Positions 10,555-19,800 of a stretch of DNA of 59,782 bases are shown here, piece by piece. Origin of the DNA: Marine group II euryarchaeote REDSEA-S42_B7 (GTDB lineage: Archaea; Thermoplasmatota; Poseidoniia; Poseidoniales; Thalassarchaeaceae). The notes below the pieces were generated by a model. That model made no database searches, was not told where the DNA came from, and was given only the letters and a program-made list of their open reading frames with translations. Both the position numbers and the translations under genes were made by a program. The DNA is taken from positions 1 through 59,782 of the forward strand of contig LURZ01000032.1 in NCBI GenBank assembly GCA_001629255.1, given 5' to 3'. Each line of letters opens with the position of its first letter. The first letter of the stretch is position 1.

Positions 10555-11924
10555 CGATGATAGAGAAATTAGTGTCAAACAAACTACTGGGAGACGATAA
10601 GACGAGAAAATTCGTGAAACCCGGAGATGCTGTTCTAGCACAGGTCGATGGAGGCTATTCTCACGAGTTCACTACTGCTCAGGTGCACACATTCCTCCAA
10701 GAGGAATACGGAGACGACTACAAGATTCCAAATCCCTCCAAATTCGCTGTTTTTGAGGATCATCTGCTTTACGCCACTGGCGTTCCAAGATTTGGGAAAT
10801 TCACTGACAAGATACAGACCCTAAGGGATATGCAGAATTTGTTCCAGGAATACACCGGAGTGAGGGACTATTCGGCTAAGGATGGGGTGAGTCCAGGAAT
10901 ATGCCACCAAGTTGCGAGAGAAGAGTTCATCGACGTTGGCGACTTCATCCAGGCGACTGATTCGCACACTTGCATGGGAGGCGCTTCCAACGCATTGGCA
11001 TATGGGGTGGGTTCCACCGAATATGCTAACCTTATTCACAATCAATTCGCGTTCGTCAAGGTCCCAGAAAGTATTCGTTTCGAATTGATGGGCGAGTTGG
11101 ATCCAGGCTGTACAGCTAAAGACGTGATTCTCCATATTCTCTGGCGTTTTGCTGCGGAGTCTGATACTCTGGATAGAAGCATGGAATTCGGCGGTCCGGG
11201 ACTTGCAAGCCTATCTATGGATGAAAGAGCAACATTGTGTAATATGGCTACAGAGTGTAGTGCGAAGACCGGCATATGTGAGGCAGACGATGTCACAGTC
11301 GATTGGCTTCTATCCAGACGGGAGAACATGGAGGAAGAGAATATCAGGAGTAGATTTGTCCTACCTGATGAAGGCGCGGTCTACGATGGAGGAATTCATG
11401 AGATCGACTTATCAGAAATCCGGCCAATGGTGGCGCATCCTGGAAATCCTGACGAAGGGGTTCCTTCGGATCCTACAAACGGGGCCTACATTGACGAATT
11501 AGGAGTGGTTCCGATAGACATCGCCTATGCGGGTTCATGCACTGCGGGCAAGGATGATGATTTCTCGTACTATGCCATGGTTTGTGAAGCAGCACTTAGG
11601 GAAGGCCTTGTAATTGCGGATGGAGTTGACTGCTACATCCAATTCGGCTCAAAGTCAGTGAAGGATCTCTCATTGGAGATGGGTTGGACATCGATATTCG
11701 AGAAGGTTGGTGTCAAGCTCATCGATCCTGGTTGTGGTGCTTGCATCGGTGCAGGCCCCGGGGTAAGCGACAATCCAGAACAAGTCACTGTATCTGCGAT
11801 AAATAGGAACTTCCAGGGTCGCTCTGGGCCAGGGAAGCTGTATCTTGCAAGTCCTCTGACAGTAATGACCAGCGCATTCACAGGTAAAATAACATCTTGG
11901 CATCCTAAAATATTCTCACAATAG
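10551..11924 (+). CDS. aconitase-family [4Fe-4S] dehydratase large (LeuC-like) subunit
   Basis: GICHQ, ATDSHTCMGG, TLCNMATE, GSCTAG, PGCGACIG, NRNFQGRSG, YLASP. Confidence 0.9.
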   Translation: MTMIEKLVSNKLLGDDKTRKFVKPGDAVLAQVDGGYSHEFTTAQVHTFLQEEYGDDYKIPNPSKFAVFEDHLLYATGVPRFGKFTDKIQTLRDMQNLFQEYTGVRDYSAKDGVSPGICHQVAREEFIDVGDFIQATDSHTCMGGASNALAYGVGSTEYANLIHNQFAFVKVPESIRFELMGELDPGCTAKDVILHILWRFAAESDTLDRSMEFGGPGLASLSMDERATLCNMATECSAKTGICEADDVTVDWLLSRRENMEEENIRSRFVLPDEGAVYDGGIHEIDLSEIRPMVAHPGNPDEGVPSDPTNGAYIDELGVVPIDIAYAGSCTAGKDDDFSYYAMVCEAALREGLVIADGVDCYIQFGSKSVKDLSLEMGWTSIFEKVGVKLIDPGCGACIGAGPGVSDNPEQVTVSAINRNFQGRSGPGKLYLASPLTVMTSAFTGKITSWHPKIFSQ

Positions 11925-12037
11925 TACAAGTTCTCCTAAGGAATGGGGCATTGTTCAATAGCGTTCTCGTTTCGGGCAGAGGCTACCTTGCAAGCCCCTC
12001 GTCAGTCGGACAAGGGAGGACTTGGTGGTGGTATACG

Positions 12038-14125
12038 ATGGACCCAGCAGAAAGACTCGCTAGCAAACAAAAACAGATCTCGATAAGTGAGTTCTTCGAG
12101 AAAAACAAACACTTCCTTGGATTCGATACTCTTCAAAGATCAATAATCACCGCTGTGAAGGAGGCTGTGGACAATTCGCTAGATGCTTGCGAGGAGTCGA
12201 GGATACTTCCAGAGATCAGAGTAGAAATTCAGAGATTGAAGGGGGATAGGCTTAGGCTGATTACCCAAGATAACGGACCAGGGATTCCACGAGAAGACAT
12301 CGAGAACGTTTTCGGGAAATTCCTTCTCGGTTCAAGATTCCATGCAATTAGGCAGACAAGGGGTCAGCAAGGAATAGGGATCACGGGAGTTGTAATGTAC
12401 GGTCAGTTGACGGCTGGATCAAAGACGAAGGTTATTTCCAAAATTTCCAGAGATTCCTCTGCAGTTTTCGTGGAGCTTGGAATAGACACTCGCAGGAATA
12501 AAGCAACCAAATCCGGAGAAAGTAGAGATATATGGTTAGATGAAAAGACCAGTGAACCGGTTCCTCATGGATTAAAGATAGAGACAGAGATGAGGGCAAA
12601 GTACCAGAGAGGTAGACAGTCCGTCCATCAGTACCTAAGGATGACCTCTATCGTCAACCCTCATGCAAGTATCTCACTGATTGTTCGAGATAGGGATGGG
12701 AGCACAATTGAGGAGGACGAATGGCAGAGAACCACTGATAGGCTTCCAAGGGTGGTTAGCGAGATCAAGCCCCATCCCCATGGAATTCAACTAGGTTCTC
12801 TACAAAGGATGCTGAGAGAAGCCGAGGAGAGGAAAATGACATCCTTTCTACGGCACAACTTCTCGGGAGTCAGCATGAGGGCGGCACGGGAAATCTTAGC
12901 TGAAGCTGGCTTAGATGAGGGGAGGAGCCCCAAGAGGATATCCGGAGATGATGCACAAGGAATGATCAACGCATTCAGGAGGGTGAAACTCCTCTCGCCG
13001 CCCACCGATTGTCTTTCTCCTATAGAGGACCTCCTAATCAAAAAGGGTCTCTCGAAGGCAATCGACTCCAGATTCGCATCGACAATTACCAGAAACCCGA
13101 AGGTAACTCAAGGAAACCCGTTTCAGATTGAGGTTGGTTTGGTCTTTGGTGGAGATCTTAGTGCTGATGGACCCATCGAGGTCCTAAGATTTGCAAATAG
13201 GGTCCCCCTGATGTATCAACAAGGAGGTTGCCTCCTAACGAAGGCTCTTGAGGCGGTTGACTGGAAGAGATATGGTTTAGACCATCCCGGAGGAAAGGGT
13301 ATTCCAAAGGGCCCTGCAGCAGTGCTAATCCATCTAGCGTCTACTAATGTCCAGTTCACTAGTGAAGCTAAGGAGGCAGTTTCTGACAACGAAGAGGTGT
13401 TCGAAGAGATTAGGCTAGCCATGCTCGAGGTTGGAAGGGGCCTGAAGGGCCATCTGAAGAAGAGTTCTCAGAGGAAGAAAGCAAGAGAGAAATTTGAGCT
13501 CATTAACGTAATTCTCCCAGAAATCTCGAAGAAATCCTCAGAAATCCTATCTAGGGATGAGCCCGACCTAGCACCTATAATTACCAGAATAATGGATGCA
13601 GTTTTCTGCGAAGAGGAGATGGGTTGGGATAACGAAAAGAGCCTAGCCACGTGCTCCATAACCATATACAACTATACTGCTAGAGCAAGAGCGTATACCA
13701 TTCTAGCAAAATGGCCGGAAGGAGATGGAACTGCAATTTCCGATAACCCCCTAGGTGGGGCCAAGCAGGCAAAGGGACTATGGGCATGGAGGCTGGATAC
13801 ACTGAATCCGGGAACTGCCATGACAATACACTTCGGAGTCTCTGGTCTGAGAAAGGGAGAATGGAGCGATGCAGAGATATTCTACAGAGGTAATGGAGAA
13901 GTCATAGGTGCGTCTAAGATCGATGAGAAGCTGTTGGAGGAATTGAGGAAATCAGAAGCCCTGGAAGCGGCCGAGGCGGAGTTGGAACTACCCAAAGAGA
14001 CCATCCCTCAACTGAAAGAGAGAGCAGAGGATAGTGAAGCCTCTCAGGCTCGGCCACTAGTTGAGGGACAGACAAGCCTGTTTAGTGATTTCACAACTAA
14101 AGATGGAATGGAGGTGGACGAGTGA
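12038..14125 (+). CDS. top6B: DNA topoisomerase VI subunit B
   Basis: ISISEFFEKN, KEAVDNSLDA, DNGPGI, RGQQGIG GHKL motifs, RFANRVPL; SD GGTGGTGG before ATG 12038. Confidence 0.97.
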   Translation: MDPAERLASKQKQISISEFFEKNKHFLGFDTLQRSIITAVKEAVDNSLDACEESRILPEIRVEIQRLKGDRLRLITQDNGPGIPREDIENVFGKFLLGSRFHAIRQTRGQQGIGITGVVMYGQLTAGSKTKVISKISRDSSAVFVELGIDTRRNKATKSGESRDIWLDEKTSEPVPHGLKIETEMRAKYQRGRQSVHQYLRMTSIVNPHASISLIVRDRDGSTIEEDEWQRTTDRLPRVVSEIKPHPHGIQLGSLQRMLREAEERKMTSFLRHNFSGVSMRAAREILAEAGLDEGRSPKRISGDDAQGMINAFRRVKLLSPPTDCLSPIEDLLIKKGLSKAIDSRFASTITRNPKVTQGNPFQIEVGLVFGGDLSADGPIEVLRFANRVPLMYQQGGCLLTKALEAVDWKRYGLDHPGGKGIPKGPAAVLIHLASTNVQFTSEAKEAVSDNEEVFEEIRLAMLEVGRGLKGHLKKSSQRKKAREKFELINVILPEISKKSSEILSRDEPDLAPIITRIMDAVFCEEEMGWDNEKSLATCSITIYNYTARARAYTILAKWPEGDGTAISDNPLGGAKQAKGLWAWRLDTLNPGTAMTIHFGVSGLRKGEWSDAEIFYRGNGEVIGASKIDEKLLEELRKSEALEAAEAELELPKETIPQLKERAEDSEASQARPLVEGQTSLFSDFTTKDGMEVDE

Positions 14126-15228
14126 CAATGGACAGACAAAAAACGAAGGAAGAGGTGATTGATGCTTTGCATGGGGTTGCTTCGGAAATGCATGATAAGA
14201 TGATGAAAGGCAACCCCCCTACTATGACCCTGCCAGTGAGATCGAAATCAAACATAGGATTCGACAAGAAACTTGGAGTTTACAAGTACGGAAAGAAGAA
14301 GACCGTTAGAGATGCAACATCTCTTGGTTCTGCCAGACAACTTCTGAGGGCACTACACATTTCAGAGTTCGTTGAAGGAATGATCTCTGATGGAAAAACC
14401 TCCACTCTAAGGGAAATGTACTACATTTCTGAAGGATGGGGGCATGGAAAATTCTCTAGTCAGAACGAAAGCAATGGGGTATCCGAGGACTTGGAGATAG
14501 TAACGAAGTGTCTGAGAGAGGACTTCGGTCTGAGGCCTGAGGAGGACGGTGCGAGAATCATCGGCAACGTCACCTTTGAGGAGAGGAATCGTAGAGGAGA
14601 CTGGATGAGGATTAACTGTAGAGACGACGTAGGAGATTCTGGATACGGGGTTCCGTATAATGTAGAATCAGAGAAGCTTAGGATGGTGGAAGAGGACGTC
14701 GACTTCGTGATGGCAATAGAGACTGGGGGAATGTTCGACAGGCTAGTAGAGAATGGTTTCGATGAGGAGGCGAGGTGCGCTCTAGTCCATCTAAAGGGTC
14801 AACCGGCAAGGTCCACTAGGAGGATTATGAGAAGAATGAGTGACGAATGGAACAAGCCTGTATTGGTATTCGCTGACTGTGACCCATGGTCGTTCAGGAT
14901 TTATGCTAGCATAGCCTATGGAGCAATCAAAACTGCTCATATCTCAGAATACTTGGCTACTAAGGAGGCAACATATCTGGGGATAACAGCCGATGATATA
15001 CTAGCCTACGACCTTCCAAGTGATGATTTGACAAAACAGGACTTGAATGCACTGGAGGCAGAATTGAGTGATCCAAGATTCGCTACTGGTTGGTGGCAAG
15101 AGCAGATCCAACTAATGCAAGAAATAGGCAAAAAAGCGGAGCAGCAGTCTCTGGCAAAGTACGGTCTAGACTTCGTCACTGATACTTACCTGCCAGAGAA
15201 GCTCGCCACAATGGGCATAACTTACTGA
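14122..15228 (+). CDS. top6A: DNA topoisomerase VI subunit A
   Basis: TLREMYY (catalytic Tyr), [20 protein letters not shown] Toprim motif, KAEQQSL; overlaps the top6B stop. Confidence 0.97.
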   Translation: MTMDRQKTKEEVIDALHGVASEMHDKMMKGNPPTMTLPVRSKSNIGFDKKLGVYKYGKKKTVRDATSLGSARQLLRALHISEFVEGMISDGKTSTLREMYYISEGWGHGKFSSQNESNGVSEDLEIVTKCLREDFGLRPEEDGARIIGNVTFEERNRRGDWMRINCRDDVGDSGYGVPYNVESEKLRMVEEDVDFVMAIETGGMFDRLVENGFDEEARCALVHLKGQPARSTRRIMRRMSDEWNKPVLVFADCDPWSFRIYASIAYGAIKTAHISEYLATKEATYLGITADDILAYDLPSDDLTKQDLNALEAELSDPRFATGWWQEQIQLMQEIGKKAEQQSLAKYGLDFVTDTYLPEKLATMGITY

Positions 15229-15246
15229 AAAAAGCCTGATAGATGA

Positions 15247-16005
15247 GTGCCAGGAGGGAGGGCTGTGACCGACAGGAAGAGGGCTTGGGCCAGAATTACC
15301 GCCGCTTCCTCCGCGGCCCTACTACTGATGGCCGTGATTTCTTTGTGGCAGGTATTCGACGACTACAACGAGCTGTACAATCCGGAGAGCAACTCTCTAG
15401 TGAAACTGGAACCAGGTGATTCGATTACGTTCGAGATAGAGAGCTCTATCTTAGTCTCGGCACTTAGGGTGTCCGATGACGGCTCACCCGATGCAGATCT
15501 GAGATTGACAGACAGTCAGGGTAATGAATTGCCGGGTAGAGGGGCTAGAGCGCTAGAGTTTGATCGTTATGATGAGCGAAATGGGACTTCATTTTCTGTC
15601 GTAAGAGTCTTCGAGAATATTGGAGGAGAATACACATTAGAGAATCTTGGTACGACCACGCTCTGGCTTGTTGACGATGAGGACTCTGCGAACAAATTAA
15701 GCGGAATAGTCTGGACTTACTTGTTCTACATAGGCTGTTGCCTGGGCTCCCCGATTGGCTTGGTTGGATTTGTACTAGCAATCATGGTATGGACTGACAA
15801 AAGGAAGATGCCGGACCAATTCGTAATAATTGATGACGGTCGCGTGATAATAGGAAATGCCCAAAGTGATATGGAAGGGGATCAGAATCCGCCAGAGGCG
15901 CCGAATCCGTTCTCAGACACCAATCGACAACCCCCGTCTACCATCTCTACTGACGCTTCAAAGGAGAAGGATGGCGAGTCATGGAAGTCGTGGGATGAGG
16001 GATGA
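15247..16005 (+). CDS. hypothetical two-TM membrane protein
   Basis: N-terminal and central hydrophobic helices, polar tail; fills the gap on the operon strand. Confidence 0.7.
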   Translation: MPGGRAVTDRKRAWARITAASSAALLLMAVISLWQVFDDYNELYNPESNSLVKLEPGDSITFEIESSILVSALRVSDDGSPDADLRLTDSQGNELPGRGARALEFDRYDERNGTSFSVVRVFENIGGEYTLENLGTTTLWLVDDEDSANKLSGIVWTYLFYIGCCLGSPIGLVGFVLAIMVWTDKRKMPDQFVIIDDGRVIIGNAQSDMEGDQNPPEAPNPFSDTNRQPPSTISTDASKEKDGESWKSWDEG

Positions 16006-16085
16006 ACTGAACCACATATGGTCAAGATAAATCCTAGATTGGGTTTTTAGAGGAGGTTGACTACCCAACCTTGAGTTGGTAAGTA

Positions 16086-16817
16086 GTGGTGGGCTTCGAT
16101 GAGTCTCTGAGTATTCTGGAGAATCCTACTAGGAGATCTATTCTCAGACATCTCGTAAAGGAGCCTCACTACCCATTGCAACTCTCTGAGTTGCTTGATG
16201 TCAGCCAACAAGCGGTTGTAAAACACCTCAAGGTTCTGGAGGAAGCTGGATTCGTAGATTCGGAAATGAAGAAGTCGGACAAAGGCGGCCCCCCTAAGAA
16301 AGTGTACAGAGTCAATCAGTCGTTCTCGATTCGTCTGGATTTGGGGCCAGACCTTTTCCGAGCCGAGCATAGGAAGATGCCTCGCGGAGTGAGTTTTTCC
16401 GGAGGTCTTCCCAACAATCTGGAGGGTGTTTTGGGCAAGATTAGCTCCAGAAAGAGCCTACCGATAGTAGATGCTATGGGGATCTTGTCAGAGTTGGATG
16501 CGGCGTTGGAAAGTGTTGACAGACAGAGAGATTCGATAATCGCGCTACACCAGCAAGTCATGCACAAGGTCTCTCCGAGTCTGGAAAAGGGCTTCGAGTC
16601 TTACGAAGAGAGGCAGCTTGCACACGCCATGATGAGGAACCCTAGGAGACCGTTGGACTTGGATGCTTTCTCCCAAGGTATGAGGATACAATCAATGCAT
16701 GCTGAGAAGATGATGGATGCTTTGAGAGAGAAACTAATGAGGGATTTCGCGACAAATTCTGGTTCCTTTGTCTCTGGCAGAGAGTCAGTGCCGCTTCCTT
16801 GGTGGATGGCGAAGTAG
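16086..16817 (+). CDS. ArsR-family winged-helix transcriptional regulator
   Basis: LENPTRRSIL, LSELLDVSQQAVVKHLKVLEEAG, GPPKKVY; coiled-coil C-terminal half. Confidence 0.88.
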   Translation: MVGFDESLSILENPTRRSILRHLVKEPHYPLQLSELLDVSQQAVVKHLKVLEEAGFVDSEMKKSDKGGPPKKVYRVNQSFSIRLDLGPDLFRAEHRKMPRGVSFSGGLPNNLEGVLGKISSRKSLPIVDAMGILSELDAALESVDRQRDSIIALHQQVMHKVSPSLEKGFESYEERQLAHAMMRNPRRPLDLDAFSQGMRIQSMHAEKMMDALREKLMRDFATNSGSFVSGRESVPLPWWMAK

Positions 16818-16820
16818 ACC

Positions 16821-19800
16821 TCAGAACACTAGATCATCATCATCTGAACCTGGCAATAGACTGCTCAGTTCTGAGAATCTAGCGAGTGCCTCAACCCTCC
16901 TTCCCCAGATTACGAAGCCTGCGACTCCAAACAGGGAGAAAGTTGCTCCTATGATGATAACCGGAACAGAGTATCTAACTACAATCTCTCTACCTACATC
17001 GATTGCCCCTAGTGGAGATTTCATGTTCCCTATCTTCTCGATGTTGTTACTCTCGTCGGTTTCCACGATATTGTTGTCAGGATCTACTACGACTACGATA
17101 TCGTGGTTGCCAGCTTCGACCATGTATAGAAGGGTAATCGGGTCTGACAGATCTGACTCGGACTGCCCTATTGGCATGATGGCATTTACAATCTGCCTGT
17201 AGACTATGTTCTCCTCCTTGCATCCGTTCCTCTTAATGTCAGATTCGGACTGATCCTTGCAAAGGATGATGTTGACGTCAGCAGCGTGTGCGTTTCCTCT
17301 GTTTGTGATGAATACATTGACTGAGAGCATCTCTCCAATCGCGGCTTCTCTGTCTGGAGCCACCACGCTCTCTAGAACTAGATCAGGAGCTCTGAGGCGC
17401 ATCTCGAGGACCTGCTCATTCGTATCGCAATCGGGAGCGGGGTTGTCGGGGATACCGTCAGAGTTGGTATCCAATGTACACGAGTCGGTCCAGACTTCAG
17501 TCTCATCGAAATCACCGCCCTCGTCAGAAGAGCCGTGCATAGATAGGACCTTGATTCCGAGATTTCTGTCAACCAGCGATGCATCGGGAGCCACGGTGAC
17601 AATGACAACTAGTTGCAGAGTAGTATATGGCTCCATCACGGGAAGCGTGATCGTGTTTCCTGCGGTTACATAACAATAGTCGGGCCCTTCTCCCTGGGAG
17701 GCTTGCTGGTTGATTTGGTTCTCCTCCTCGACATTTAGTTCCACGCATGGCTTCTCAAGCGGGAACTCGCTACCGAACCCTTCCAACAGAGCGTAGTCTA
17801 TTTCCCATGTGCTGAGAGAACCCAGGCCCGGACTCACGGACCAGATTTTGTTCACATCATCGTATGTGTGGTTGTGGATCGTGGGCTGATCTGCCACGTT
17901 TCCATAATTCGAGACGTTGAGAGTGTATCTTACGATTCTGCTTGGAGCTGTGGTTTTGATCTTGCTCTCCACTAACGGATCCAGAGAAATTTGCATATCG
18001 TGGAACTCGATTATGGTAGCTCTGAGTACCACCTGATCCTGAACCCTAGTTCCCTCATAGGGCTCCTCACTCAGGATGTTGAATGTGATCGTGTAATCAC
18101 CAGCTAGGGTCTGAACTGGGACGTTGATGTAAATTGGGACGGTCTGTGACTCATCTCTATTCAATTCCTCGAACAATATCCTCGGGATGTACATGTCCCA
18201 AACGTGAGCTGCTCCTTTATCGTCAATTATGGACTCGATTGTGACGTCGAACCTGTCTTGGCCATTTCCAAGGTTGGAGATTGTGGTGTTCATTTGGTAG
18301 GATTGACCGGGGTATAGGTCTAGTATAGTCTCAGGTACTGAGGACTCTAGTTCGTACCTCTGAACAACATTTGTCAGAATTAGCACAGAGTCACGAACTT
18401 TCGGGGAGCCATCCAGATGCGCACGGACTGTGACAGATTCCCCAATTCCGGCGGTTGCATTGAACGGGGAGCACATCTCGGCCGTGACTGTGTATGTGTT
18501 GCCCACATTTGCCCAGTAGATGTCCTGATCAGCAGATGAGGATCCGCCCGTCCATTCTGAGAAGTCCAAGTCTACTGTCCAATGATCGAACCTCCATGAG
18601 TTGATATCTGCCTCTTCTGGCCTCTCCATTGGTGCGCCGGGAGTCGTGAAAACTAGACTCCCTGGAGTAAAGTACTTGTTCACCTGAACAGGGAATCTAG
18701 CACACTCCCCAGGAAGAACGTACAGTTTTGTATCCCCGATATCGAATACAATGTTCCCAGTTGTCCTTATCGAGACGTTTATCCATAACTCTAGTACATC
18801 GAATGTCCCTCTATCTACAGACAAGACAGGTTCGCCGGTTGACCATCCCTTCAGGTATATGGCAAAGGTGCCGGGGTCCTGGGATTCAGGGACACTGACC
18901 TTTAGATTCCTAGTTACGGATTGACCTGGATCCAAGGATAGCGACAGTGGGAAGTCTATCCCCCATCCAAACGGAAGTGACCACTCGTTTTGTCCGTCCA
19001 GTGTAGCCGGGTCATAGAATGCGAACGTATCGAAAACGTTTCCAGTGTTCTTGATAGAAATCGAGAAGACTGCCGATTTGCCCTGCTCAACATCTACTTG
19101 GAAATGGCTTGTATCGAGTTCTATTCCATGGACAACATCCATCAGAGTAAGCAAGGTTAGCTTGTTGCGGATAGCGGGGTCCTTTTGCGAGGTTGCGATG
19201 ATGCTTATTTGCGCAAGTTCGTCGCTCTTAGCCTGATAGATTGTGGGTGTTCTGACTCTTAGGTAAAGCGGATCTATGGCTCCGCCCTCTAGGAAAATCT
19301 TAGTTGAGTCGAAAATCGGGGTATTGTTGGTCGTATAGAATAATGTTGCAGTCCAGTTGTTTGGAACGCCCTCCATTGTTATTGTGAAGGTATCCTGGAC
19401 CAACTCCGCGGGCCCTGGGGTGGGATTAGCTATTGTGATGTTGAACGTTGTAAGTTCTCCTGGCTGAATAGTATGGTAGAATGTCTCAGCGTCTGAAGGG
19501 CAATCGTATGGGTATCCCTCAATATTCGGATTTGCCTGTATCTTTTCGTCACAGGCCAGTGAGAGGTCCACTAGGCCAGTCAGGACGTGCACGTAGCAAA
19601 GAGTCCACTTGTTGGCATTCTGACCATCCCAGTCGCACCTCTTGTCTGACCATCCGATATGCGCTCCACTACCGAGATCGTTGGCGAATGCAGGAGGCAT
19701 CCCACGATCGAGATTGAAGTCAGGGAACAGATGGTGTCCGTCGGCGGTATTGCACTCTGGCTGGCAGGGTGCAGGGCCTAACTTGTCAGAAGACCAATTG

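Noticed and set aside
13560-14125. Top6B C-terminal extension as a novel fusion
   Set aside because: C-terminal Ig-like extensions of Top6B are known in euryarchaea.
5314-15228. Inteins in NrdJ or topoisomerase VI
   Set aside because: No C/S...HN splice junctions or LAGLIDADG motifs were seen; the lengths are explained by known domains.
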